A DNA stretch of 39,238 nt, from assembly GCA_049699975.1 (NCBI GenBank), contig JBNAWB010000004.1:1-39238 (forward strand). Direction: 5' to 3'. The position numbers were made by a program, and so were the translations under genes. Origin of the DNA: Thermodesulfobacteriota bacterium. Lineage in GTDB: Bacteria; Desulfobacterota; SM23-61. Shown here piece after piece: positions 8,578 to 17,264 of the stretch. The notes beneath the pieces are model-generated. The model was not told the origin of the DNA, made no database searches, and saw only the letters and a program-made list of their open reading frames with translations. Position 1 is the stretch's first letter, and each line of letters starts with the position of its first letter.

Positions 8578-9489
8578 CTAAATTATGCCCTCCTTTTTTA
8601 AAAATTCAATCCCTTCTTTTAATTCTTGGGGCGTGGCCCTGTGGTGGGTTTCTATTATCCTTATTGTATCTGGCTTTAAAAATTTTTTAAGCAGATCATA
8701 ATCTTCCTCTCCCAATCCTGGTGCCTCGTGGTCATGATATCCTTTGCACCCGTGCAAATGCACACCAATCAACAAATGTCCAAAATTAGTTAACAGCCGT
8801 TCCTGTTCTTCTAAGCCCAAATTTTGTTGAGTTGTAGCATGCCCTATATCATGCCAATACCGAAGACAACTCCCCTTAAGCTTCTGAAAAATAATATCTA
8901 ATTCCTCCAAATTAGGAAAATCGTGAATGTTGTAGCGATTCTCTACCCCAAGATAGATCCTTCTTTTTTCTGCTTCATCAACTAACTCATCAAGGCTACG
9001 CCATGTCCTCTCTAAATAGTTCGTTCCTAACTGTGCCCTTTTCCCTTTTAGCTCCTGAATTAATGCTTTCCCTTCAGGGGTATTGATCCTGTGCTGGTCA
9101 TAAAGAGACTTAATAATCTCCATAAAATCCGGCAGAGGAAGTTTTCCTAAATGCAGAACCACAGCTTTAGCTCCTAATTCTTCTGCCCATCTTATAGTTT
9201 CTAAAGTATACTTAATAGCCAAAGCCCGCTCTTCTTCATCTGGAGCAGATAAGGAAAAGAAATCTCCACTGGCCTTTTCTTTGGGAACGCCATTAGGAAC
9301 GGGGAAAAAATTATGGATGCTCAATACTTCTATTCCTCTTTTTAAATAAAGCCTAATTTCCATAAACATTTCCCGGGTGAGGCGATATTCCAGTTCTATG
9401 GCTTTGAGACCGAGGTCGGCAATGGCCTCCATGACCTCTTTTCCGGTACTGGCTATTTCAGATCGAAAAGAAGTCGATATTCCTAGCAT
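8578..9489 (-). CDS. Sugar phosphate isomerase/epimerase family (AP endonuclease 2 TIM barrel) metalloprotein
   Basis: SIHN, VVLHLG, GVENR, WHDIGHA, VHLH...HDHEAPG.G..D and IIE metal-ligand pattern. Confidence 0.85.
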   Translation of the reverse strand: MLGISTSFRSEIASTGKEVMEAIADLGLKAIELEYRLTREMFMEIRLYLKRGIEVLSIHNFFPVPNGVPKEKASGDFFSLSAPDEEERALAIKYTLETIRWAEELGAKAVVLHLGKLPLPDFMEIIKSLYDQHRINTPEGKALIQELKGKRAQLGTNYLERTWRSLDELVDEAEKRRIYLGVENRYNIHDFPNLEELDIIFQKLKGSCLRYWHDIGHATTQQNLGLEEQERLLTNFGHLLIGVHLHGCKGYHDHEAPGLGEEDYDLLKKFLKPDTIRIIETHHRATPQELKEGIEFLKKEGII

Positions 9490-9499
9490 CTATCTCCTT

Positions 9500-10531
9500 T
9501 CAAAAATTTCCTAAACCGACTTTTTCTAAGAGGATTTTTATCTCTTTTTCACTCTTGGCAAAAATTCCTGTATTGCCTAAGCGGACATTTTTTAAACCTG
9601 TACTCTTTACTTCCTGAAAGGTCGTAACCATCTCTTCTAAATTAGGCGCCCGGAAATCCTTCATCTGATATTCCGGGAAAAAAGCCAAAATGGTAAAAGG
9701 AATTTCTTTATCCGTCCAACTTAAGAGCTTGGCGATTTTTACTATCTGGTCAGTTTCCACTACTTGGGGAATATAAAGAGACAAGACTTCTACGGTGAAT
9801 TCTCTTTTCTTCATCTCTGCTGGTAATTGCAAGATCCATTGATTTGAACATCCTGTAAGCCAGCGATGAACTTCATCTTTATAAGCTTTAATATCCAACC
9901 AGAAGGCATCTACGCCTGCTTTTTGCATCAAATCTAAGTGAGTGGGAGTTAGCCCATAGCCATTAGTTTCGATCAGAACCCATAATTTTGTGTGTGCTTT
10001 AATTAGCTCCGCGCAACGCAAATAAAAATCAACTTGGCAAGTAAGATCACCGCCAGTAAAACCGACTATATTGCGCACAGGTCCGAATCCTTGGGGACTT
10101 AAAGTGATTTGATCAGGCTTTAAAACGCCAGGACATAAGGCTGATTTCTGTTTGTATAAAACGCATGCGCCACAGCAGCGGCAGGTATCATGGGCATGAT
10201 AAGCAGTAGCTTTATGGCGAGGTTCAAACAAATTTACCTGCTGGTCATATTTTAAACAGGCTTGCAGAATCTTTTCCGGAGTGTACCATTCTCCATCTGC
10301 TTGTTTGCTAAAATACCAGGAATGACATTTGCGGCAGGAAAAATTACATCCTGATTGGTATATGGAAAGATAATTCTCCGGCCGGGAGAGATGGATGGCT
10401 GAGACCAGTCTCTCTATTTGAGAGTCTTTTTGGCGCAGCGTAACCTGACAAGCTAAACCTTTTTTACCCCCAGCCGATACGCCGCAGCTTCCTGGGGCAA
10501 ATCCTTGTTTCTGTAAAGAACAATCTTTCAT
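9500..10531 (-). CDS. Radical SAM protein (PflA/AmmeMemoRadiSAM-like) with extra Cys clusters
   Basis: CNFSCRKC (CxxxCxxC); FTGGD, IETNGY, LDIKA, FFPEY, RLGN; additional CRCCGAC...C insertion. Confidence 0.9.
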   Translation of the reverse strand: MKDCSLQKQGFAPGSCGVSAGGKKGLACQVTLRQKDSQIERLVSAIHLSRPENYLSIYQSGCNFSCRKCHSWYFSKQADGEWYTPEKILQACLKYDQQVNLFEPRHKATAYHAHDTCRCCGACVLYKQKSALCPGVLKPDQITLSPQGFGPVRNIVGFTGGDLTCQVDFYLRCAELIKAHTKLWVLIETNGYGLTPTHLDLMQKAGVDAFWLDIKAYKDEVHRWLTGCSNQWILQLPAEMKKREFTVEVLSLYIPQVVETDQIVKIAKLLSWTDKEIPFTILAFFPEYQMKDFRAPNLEEMVTTFQEVKSTGLKNVRLGNTGIFAKSEKEIKILLEKVGLGNF

Positions 10532-10614
10532 TTTTAACTAGCCCACTAAAATTAAAATAACTTACTCAAGAATTAGATGCAATAAAAAGAAATTGTCTTT
10601 TAATTCCATACAAA

Positions 10615-10670
10615 GTAGGGCAAGGGCTTGACCCTTGCCGCGTTTAGCAAGTCATAAAGGCTTGCCTTAC
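10615..10670. repeat. GTAG-type REP doublet (inverted pair)
   Basis: GTAGGGCAAGGG-cttga-CCCTTGCC followed by GCAAGTC-ataaa-GGCTTGCCTTAC. A similar GTAGGGGCAAGCC lies at 36525. Confidence 0.65.
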
Positions 10671-10766
10671 GAAAATGGAGAAACTAATGATTCTTAATTG
10701 GGATTTTTTTTACTCAATTACGCGGGCGTAGTGGCCGGAGCGACCTCATAATGTATGGAAAATAAA

Positions 10767-10838
10767 GAGATGGCCACCCTCCCCCGCATCAAGTGCGGGC
10801 TCGCTCGCCATGACCAAAAAGGGGTTGCAATACAGTCT
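10767..10838. repeat. Family C repeat / half MITE
   Basis: 10789-10813 is the reverse complement of 36575-36599 (23/25 nt). Similarity extends to the TTGCAATACAGTCT end. Confidence 0.75.
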
Positions 10839-10933
10839 TGCTGGGAAGAATGCTTCCCTTTTGGAGTAGGCTTTGATACTTCCCAGAGCAGGGGTGAGGG
10901 GTAGTCATGGATTATATAATTACCAAAAAACTG

Positions 10934-10962
10934 TTGACAGCTAATTAAAAAAGATGTAATTT
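10934..10962 (+). promoter_or_regulatory. Probable sigma70 promoter of the large surface-protein gene
   Basis: TTGACA-17 nt-TAATTT, giving a leader of about 175 nt. Confidence 0.5.
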
Positions 10963-11143
10963 TGATCCAATTCGGCAAAATAATAAGCAGGCACTTTTAG
11001 AGAACCAATGCGTATCTGGCCCTCTCAATTTGTCTCCCCGAGTATTAACAGGAATTAAGGCCAAGGGCCTTTTTCATAAGCCAGATTAAGCTCACCAAAT
11101 TTAAGAAGATAGTAATAAAGCAAAAAGAAAAGGAGGGGAACAC

Positions 11144-14100
11144 ATGGAACGTTTGCTAAGATCAGCATCCGCAGGTAAAGGTCTATTATTTTTGTTTATT
11201 TTGTTGATAGCCATTTTCGCAGCAACTGCTGTAAATGCCTTGAGTAAGGATAAGGCCGAGGAGCAGATGATCTCCAAGCCCAAGTTTTTGGGTATCAATT
11301 CTATAGAGAAGATGCGGCCTGAAGGAGAGTATAAAATTTATGTTTGGCAAAGTAAAAAATGGGTAAAAGCAGGCAGTCTTTCTTATGATCGCTTTTTAAG
11401 GGAAAGGGAGATAGACTTGAGCGGCCTTTTAAAAAGCAGCGGAAAAACAAAGATAAAGGTTGTCCAAAAAGGAGGAGAAGCAGCTCATATAGATTCTGTG
11501 TTTCTTGGTGGGTTAGCGCCACTGGAAATAAAAGGGATTAAGGACGACCTTGCCCTCCGTAAGCTTTCCCAAAAGGACCTCGATGTAATGGATGCGTATA
11601 ATAAAACAATTGAGCTCACCTTCCCAAACCAAGGGGACAAAAAACTTAAATTAACGGCCAGGATCGAAGGCCCTATTGTAAATGGCATCCCCTTTCAGTT
11701 CCCTCGCGAAAACCTGGTGAAAGAAGTGAAAGCATTCTCCAGTTTTTACAGTTACCGATTAAATACTGAAGGTAAAGCTCAAGAGCCAAAACTTATTTTC
11801 AAAGAATTCTCGCCCACTGGCTCTGGGCATCCCTCAGGGTTTACTTATGGATGGGTGGGACATGATTCAGAAAACCTTTATGTGAAGATAGACTTCACGC
11901 CTGACAATACCTCTGACGGTGATAAAGATTATGCTAAGGTGTTGGTCAAAACAGATTCGGGGATTAAAGAATTCAAAGTTTCCAATAATGAAACCAAATG
12001 GGGGAAACCATATTTCACTTATACAGATAAAGTTTCTTATCAACATAAAGTTTATGAGTTTATCATACCCTTTAAAGAAATAGGGATTGAGCCCAAACAA
12101 GAAAAAGTTCTCCTTGCTTTTTCTGCCTACGGGACAGCTTCTTCTGGTGACCTAACGCCTTCTTTAGCTTATGATTCTCAAAATAATCGCTACCTATTAG
12201 TTTATTTAAAAAACTATATAGGCTTAACATCGCATATTTATGGACAGCTTTTAAACTGTGATGGCACGGCTTATGGCAATGAATTTCAAATATCTGAAGA
12301 AGACAATAATAAATATAATCCTTCTGTCGCCTATGATAACGTCAACAATAAATTTCTGGTTGTCTGGGAAGAGTATCGATCTGGCACAAGCTATGACATC
12401 TACGGCCAATTTGTAAATGCTAACGGCACGCTCAGCGGTTCCAATTTTGCTATATCAAATGCCGAAAATGAACAACATTATCCCACGGTTGCTTACGATA
12501 GCGCGAACCAGAGGTTTTTAGTAGTATGGCAGGATTACCGGACGGATGAAGACTACGATATTTATGGGCAATTGGTGAATGCTAACGGTACTTTAAATGG
12601 ATCAAACTTTTCTATTTCAACAGCGACAAATAACCAATATTATCCGGCAATTGCTTTTGATAGCGCTAACCAAAGATTTCTGGTTACCTGGACTGATTAT
12701 CGCGGCGCTATAAGTTACGATATATATGGTCAATTGGTAAATGCCAATGGTACCCTGAACGGTTCTAATTTTCCTATCTCGACTGCTGACCATGATCAAA
12801 ATCATCCTGCCGTGGCTTATGATAGTAGCAACCAAAGATTTTTAGTAGCCTTCTCCAGCTACAGCCCCAGCATTGATCATGATATTTACGGCCAAATAGT
12901 CAATGCCGATGGCAACTTAATTGGCTCCAGCTTTATTATTTCAAATGCTGAAGGCGTTCAATATAATCCTTCTGTAGCTTATGATACTGCTAATCAAAGA
13001 TTTTTAGTGGTATGGGAGGATTCCCGCGGCGATAATTATGATATCTATGGTCAATACATAAATGCTAATGGCTCTTTAAGCGGCTCTAATTTTGTAATCA
13101 ACAATGCCGATAATCAGCAAAGGAATGCGCAAGTAGCTTACAACTCCAACTTTGCCAACTTTTTGGTAGCTTTTGAAACTCGAATTCCAGGGGAGATAAC
13201 TATTACTGATATTGGGCTGAATTTTATCGGTCCCCCTTGCGTAGGCTATACGCTCACTATAACTAAAGCAGGAACTGGAAGCGGCACTGTAACCAGCAGT
13301 CCAGCAGGAATCAACTGCGGGGCGGATTGCTCAAGGGCTTTTGCTACAGGAACTTCGGTCACTTTAGCCGCCACTGCCTCTGCCGGCTCTACCTTTGCCA
13401 GCTGGAGTGGAGATGCGGATTGCTCAGACGGCCAAGTAACCATGGACGCCAATAAAAGCTGCACAGCTACTTTTAATTTACTTGCTGTTGCGGCGGCACC
13501 GCCAGAAGAAGTTAAAGTTAGAGGCGGTGGGGGCTGCTTTATCGCCACCGCGGCCTTTGGCAGCTACCTTGATCCGCGTGTGCGAGTGTTAAGATCCTTT
13601 AGAGACAACTATTTACTCAAGAATTCCTTGGGCCGAGCTCTTGTAAGTGCTTATTACCAAGTTTCTCCACCCATTGCCGAATACATAAGCAAGCATGAAT
13701 CTTTGAGAACGGCTACCAGATGGGCGCTGACTCCCTTAGTTTACACCTTGGAATATGCTGCCAGTGTTTTATTGCTCTGCCTTGGGTTGATCCTCATTCC
13801 TTTTGCGGCGCGTAGAGTAAAGAAGATATTGCCTATTTTAATCTTAGCCGGCCTACTCAGCCTCTTAACTGCGGGGACGGCCCTGGCCCTACAAGGCCAT
13901 ATATTTGAACCGCAGGTAGGCGAAGATAAATTTGTAACCGTTCAATCTTCCTCTCCGATTGCTCAAGGAAAATGGCAGGTTGGTCTCTTTTTAGACTATG
14001 CCGATACTCCAGTAGAGACCACCACAGGCATTGGACTATCCAATCGGCAATTTGTTGCTACTGCCTTAGCTGGATTCGGTATTACCAAGGACCTGCAGAT

Positions 14101-14677
14101 CAGCATCAGTGTTCCTTATCTTTTTGACCAGGGAGGGAAAAGAATAGATCTGACTTCTGATGTCACTTCTTGGAGGTTTGGGGATGTAAGCATAGCTGGC
14201 AAATATAGGGTATTAAATGAGAAGCAAGTAGGTATTGGCTTAGCTGTTTCTCCTTTTGTTGTTCTCAATACTGGCCAAGAGGATGATTGGTTTGGCAACA
14301 ATTCTTTCTCTGGCGGCTTGAAGCTAATTTTGGATAAAAACTTAAACAAAAAGACGGCTATAGCCTTTAACATTGGTTATCAAATAAAAAAGAAAGAACA
14401 GCTAACTTCTACCCAGAGAATTGAGGACATGATCCTCTATGGATTAGGCGTTTCTTATGCTTTGACAGAACAATTGACCCTAATAGGAGAAGTTTACGGC
14501 TATACTGCGGCTGCAAGCGCCTTTGAGAAATATCTTTCTCCTTTAGAGGGTGATATTTCTTTGGCCTATAAGATACGGCCACAATGTCAGTTTACTTTAG
14601 GCGGAGGTGGGGCAATTACCAAGGGCGTAGGAGCTCCGGAATGGAGAATCTTAACTGGTATTAGGTTCGGATTTTAG
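11144..14677 (+). CDS. Large multidomain envelope protein: signal peptide, N-terminal domain(s), seven ~54-aa beta-propeller-like repeats, InlB B-repeat-like domain, CFI-box-CTERM, second signal-like segment, C-terminal outer-membrane beta-barrel
   Basis: SD AGGAGG; PxVAYD...FLVVW...YDIYGQ repeats at a 162-nt period; [21 protein letters not shown]; [14 protein letters not shown]...LRSFRD...YY..SPPIA; alternating beta strands ending GIRFGF. Confidence 0.9.
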   Translation: MERLLRSASAGKGLLFLFILLIAIFAATAVNALSKDKAEEQMISKPKFLGINSIEKMRPEGEYKIYVWQSKKWVKAGSLSYDRFLREREIDLSGLLKSSGKTKIKVVQKGGEAAHIDSVFLGGLAPLEIKGIKDDLALRKLSQKDLDVMDAYNKTIELTFPNQGDKKLKLTARIEGPIVNGIPFQFPRENLVKEVKAFSSFYSYRLNTEGKAQEPKLIFKEFSPTGSGHPSGFTYGWVGHDSENLYVKIDFTPDNTSDGDKDYAKVLVKTDSGIKEFKVSNNETKWGKPYFTYTDKVSYQHKVYEFIIPFKEIGIEPKQEKVLLAFSAYGTASSGDLTPSLAYDSQNNRYLLVYLKNYIGLTSHIYGQLLNCDGTAYGNEFQISEEDNNKYNPSVAYDNVNNKFLVVWEEYRSGTSYDIYGQFVNANGTLSGSNFAISNAENEQHYPTVAYDSANQRFLVVWQDYRTDEDYDIYGQLVNANGTLNGSNFSISTATNNQYYPAIAFDSANQRFLVTWTDYRGAISYDIYGQLVNANGTLNGSNFPISTADHDQNHPAVAYDSSNQRFLVAFSSYSPSIDHDIYGQIVNADGNLIGSSFIISNAEGVQYNPSVAYDTANQRFLVVWEDSRGDNYDIYGQYINANGSLSGSNFVINNADNQQRNAQVAYNSNFANFLVAFETRIPGEITITDIGLNFIGPPCVGYTLTITKAGTGSGTVTSSPAGINCGADCSRAFATGTSVTLAATASAGSTFASWSGDADCSDGQVTMDANKSCTATFNLLAVAAAPPEEVKVRGGGGCFIATAAFGSYLDPRVRVLRSFRDNYLLKNSLGRALVSAYYQVSPPIAEYISKHESLRTATRWALTPLVYTLEYAASVLLLCLGLILIPFAARRVKKILPILILAGLLSLLTAGTALALQGHIFEPQVGEDKFVTVQSSSPIAQGKWQVGLFLDYADTPVETTTGIGLSNRQFVATALAGFGITKDLQISISVPYLFDQGGKRIDLTSDVTSWRFGDVSIAGKYRVLNEKQVGIGLAVSPFVVLNTGQEDDWFGNNSFSGGLKLILDKNLNKKTAIAFNIGYQIKKKEQLTSTQRIEDMILYGLGVSYALTEQLTLIGEVYGYTAAASAFEKYLSPLEGDISLAYKIRPQCQFTLGGGGAITKGVGAPEWRILTGIRFGF
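12158..13175 (+). repeat. Intragenic tandem repeat, seven units of ~162 bp (54 aa)
   Basis: Pro codons at 12158, 12482 and 12644 fit a 162-nt period. Unit starts are PSLAYD, PSVAYD, PTVAYD, PAIAFD, PAVAYD, PSVAYD and AQVAYN. Confidence 0.9.
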
Positions 14678-14678
14678 A

Positions 14679-14828
14679 TGAAATTAATAATTTTTCCCCT
14701 CACCCTTTCCCTCTCCCCAGCGGGGAGAGGGAAGGAAAGAGAGGATGGGTGAAATTAATAAGAAAAAAATTCCCCTGCGCTCTCAGCGCTCTCGGCGGTG
14801 AAAACAACTTCGCCTAACTCCTCCCCAA
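14679..14828. repeat. Composite repeat: family A hairpin plus CTGCG-repeat unit; probably also the terminator of the large gene
   Basis: TTCCCTCTCCCC-agc-GGGGAGAGGGAA 12-bp stem (14707-14733); flanking 12-bp direct repeat TGAAATTAATAA (14679, 14750); 14767-14800 matches 4686-4719. Confidence 0.75.
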
Positions 14829-14927
14829 AATCTCTCCAATTCTAAAACTTTAAAAATCGTTTTTCTCTTTTTCCTTTCATCAATTTATGATAAAAATAAA
14901 TCTTAATTAAATTTGGGGGTATTTTTC

Positions 14928-15701
14928 ATGTTTCCAGATCTCTTTACTTTACAAAACAAAGTAGCCATCATCACCGGCGGAAGCCGGGGGATAGGCCGAT
15001 CAATCGCCATAGCTTTTGCCGAAGCCGGAGCCAAGATAGTAGTCTCCAGCCGCAACAAGCGACCTCCAGAGCTAGAGAGAGTGGCCGAAGAGATTTGTCA
15101 AAAAGGTGGAAAGGCAATCGCTGTCCCTGCCCATGTAGGAAAAACTGAGGATGTGGAAAACTTAGTCAAAAGAACAATGCAAGAATTTGGCCGAATTGAC
15201 ATCTTAGTAAATAACGCCGGCGCCAATCCGGTGCTAAGCACCATGATAGATTTAGATCTCGGCGCTTTCCAAAAAGTTCTGGAAGTAAATCTTATCGGAG
15301 CATTTTTGATGAGTAAAGCGGTAGCTAAAGAAATGATTAAACAAGGCGGCGGACGCATTATAAACATTAGTTCTATTAGCGGACTGCGCGCCCGCAATGA
15401 TCAGACCGGAGCTTACTGCATAAGCAAAGCGGCATTGAACATGATGACGCAAGTGATGGCTCGAGAATTAGCTCCCTTTAATATCTTAGTCAATGCGATC
15501 GCTCCCGGTTCTATTAAGACGGAATTCAGTCGGGTAAACTGGACAGATCCAGAAAGAAAAGCCCAGCGCATAAGCGAAATTGAACTTAGACGCTTTGGCG
15601 AACCGGATGAGGTAGTGGGTTGTGCCTTATTCTTAGCTTCGGAGGCCAGCTCTTTTGTTACCGGAGAAATTATCCGCGTTGATGGCGGACAAACTATATA
15701 A
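14928..15701 (+). CDS. SDR family NAD(P)-dependent oxidoreductase (FabG-like)
   Basis: TGGSRGIG, DILVNNAG, YCISK (YxxxK), VNAIAPG, VDGG. ATG at 14928 with GGGGGT SD is preferred over TTG at 14913. Confidence 0.93.
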   Translation: MFPDLFTLQNKVAIITGGSRGIGRSIAIAFAEAGAKIVVSSRNKRPPELERVAEEICQKGGKAIAVPAHVGKTEDVENLVKRTMQEFGRIDILVNNAGANPVLSTMIDLDLGAFQKVLEVNLIGAFLMSKAVAKEMIKQGGGRIINISSISGLRARNDQTGAYCISKAALNMMTQVMARELAPFNILVNAIAPGSIKTEFSRVNWTDPERKAQRISEIELRRFGEPDEVVGCALFLASEASSFVTGEIIRVDGGQTI

Positions 15702-15720
15702 AGAAAGGAGAAAATAAAAA

Positions 15721-16494
15721 ATGGCCACCCCCAATTATGAAATCTATGCTTTGAAGTATGCCGGTCCTTTTACCAGGCCAGCCTCCATGATTCGTTGGTT
15801 TCAGGATATAGACAAATTTGAACAGATCAATTATTACATCTTTGCGATTAAAGGAGGAGGAGAAACAATCGTGGTGGATTGCGGTTGTTCCCCTCAATTA
15901 GCCGCCCAGCGCAGCTTAGCCGGTTATGAAAACCCAGTAGATGTGCTTAAAAAAATTGATATTGAGGCCCGTAAAGTGAAGCATGTAGTGGCTACCCATA
16001 TTCATTTTGATCATATTAGTGGCGTATCTCTATTCCCGCGGGCTAACATATATGTGCAAGAAAAAGAGTACAAATTTTGGATAAAGGATCCTATGGCTAA
16101 GAGAGCTCCGTTTAGGCAGACCACTGATCCAATAGGTAACCGTTATTTGGCCCGGTTGGAAGGGAAAGATCGATTAAAATTAATTCGGGGGGATAAAAAA
16201 ATTCTGCCGGGGATTGAGCTCTTGCATACTCCAGGTCATACTTTAGGAATGCAGTCCGTAGCTGTAAACACCACAAAAGGAATAGCCATCGTAGGTTCAG
16301 ATACTGCTCACGTATTCTCGAGCTACCGGACAGACATCCCCAGCGGAATTATCATGGACATGGTGGCCTGGATGAAAAGTTATGATAAGATGCGGGCGAA
16401 AGCTTCTTCTGTGGATTTGATCTTCCCCGGGCATGACCCAGCTCTTTTAGAAAATTTTCCTAAAGTGGCTGAAGGAGTATCCAGATTAGTTTAA
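15721..16494 (+). CDS. Metallo-beta-lactamase-fold hydrolase, N-acyl homoserine lactonase-like family
   Basis: VDCG, THIHFDH (HxHxDH), PGHT, GSD, PGHD; SD AAGGAG. Confidence 0.85.
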   Translation: MATPNYEIYALKYAGPFTRPASMIRWFQDIDKFEQINYYIFAIKGGGETIVVDCGCSPQLAAQRSLAGYENPVDVLKKIDIEARKVKHVVATHIHFDHISGVSLFPRANIYVQEKEYKFWIKDPMAKRAPFRQTTDPIGNRYLARLEGKDRLKLIRGDKKILPGIELLHTPGHTLGMQSVAVNTTKGIAIVGSDTAHVFSSYRTDIPSGIIMDMVAWMKSYDKMRAKASSVDLIFPGHDPALLENFPKVAEGVSRLV

Positions 16495-16512
16495 TTTAAT
16501 ATATTTCATTTT

Positions 16513-16558
16513 TCCCCTCACCTTATTCCTCTCCCCGGCGGGGAGAGGGGGTGAGGGA
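16513..16558. repeat. REP-like hairpin repeat (family A)
   Basis: TCCCCTCACC...CCTCTCCCC-ggc-GGGGAGAGG...GGTGAGGGA; matches the copies at 3859 and 14696. Confidence 0.75.
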
Positions 16559-16602
16559 GCAAGTTTCATGTTATCGCTTAGCAGCTCACGAAGGAGGCGA
16601 AT

Positions 16603-17181
16603 ATGAAAGTTTTAGGGATTTTAGGAAGTCCGCGAGTAGGCGGTAATAGCGATATCCTTTTAGAACAGGCTTTAGCTGGAGCACGCGAGGCGGGAGCCGA
16701 AACAGAAAAAATATTTTTATCCCAGAAAAAAATATCCGGATGTTTTGACTGCGGAAAATGCAATGAATCCGGAGTATGCGCCATAAAAGATGACATGATC
16801 GAAATTCATAAGAAAATTTTAGAAAGCGACGCTATTATTCATTCCGTTCCTCTTTACTTTTGGGCCATGACCTCCCAGATGAAAGCTTACCTTGATCGCT
16901 GGTGTGCTTTTTTTGATGCTGAATGGCGTTGGCATAAACATTATGCACCCAAAATGAAAGGGAAAAATATCGGTTTGATCACCGTCTGTGGTGATGCGGA
17001 CCCTTCTACGGCTCAACCCATCGTGCATAGCTTTAAAATGACCTGCCAATTTACCAAGCTCAATTTAATTGGCGTCGTTATGGCCTCCGCTGCGGCTAAA
17101 GGAGAAATTGCTAAAGATGAAAAGGCTAAAAAGGAAGCTTATGAGCTGGGCCGAAAGGCGGCTTCGGCGCGCGCTCGCTAA
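16603..17181 (+). CDS. Iron-sulfur flavoprotein (Isf) / multimeric flavodoxin WrbA family
   Basis: GSPRVGGNS FMN loop; CFDCGKC-x5-C cluster motif; DDM, PLYF, MKAYLDR. Confidence 0.92.
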   Translation: MKVLGILGSPRVGGNSDILLEQALAGAREAGAETEKIFLSQKKISGCFDCGKCNESGVCAIKDDMIEIHKKILESDAIIHSVPLYFWAMTSQMKAYLDRWCAFFDAEWRWHKHYAPKMKGKNIGLITVCGDADPSTAQPIVHSFKMTCQFTKLNLIGVVMASAAAKGEIAKDEKAKKEAYELGRKAASARAR

Positions 17182-17264
17182 TAGAAAAAAATAGAATTTT
17201 TATCCATCTCAATCACCCCGGTTATTTTAAAACTTACTTCCCTTAGGAAAGGAATCTTTTATTA

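Noticed and set aside
8578-9489. TIM barrel as a DUF692/MNIO peptide-modifying enzyme
   Set aside because: The motifs (VEN, DIGH, HLH, DH..PG.G..D) fit the generic AP-endonuclease-2/epimerase family; an HMM test would be needed to claim otherwise.
9500-10531. Selenocysteine readthrough in the radical SAM or other Cys-rich genes
   Set aside because: The ORFs are full length with no internal TGA and no split domains.
10718-10978. 86-aa minus-strand ORF
   Set aside because: Non-ATG start; translates through repeat and promoter DNA; no protein features.
10960-11140. c-di-GMP-I riboswitch (GGCAAA seen)
   Set aside because: The GAAA tetraloop/receptor and GACGCAAAG elements are absent.
12158-13175. 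Periodic repeats as a CRISPR array or DGR
   Set aside because: They are in-frame, degenerate coding repeats with no identical repeat-spacer pattern, and there is no cas or reverse transcriptase gene.
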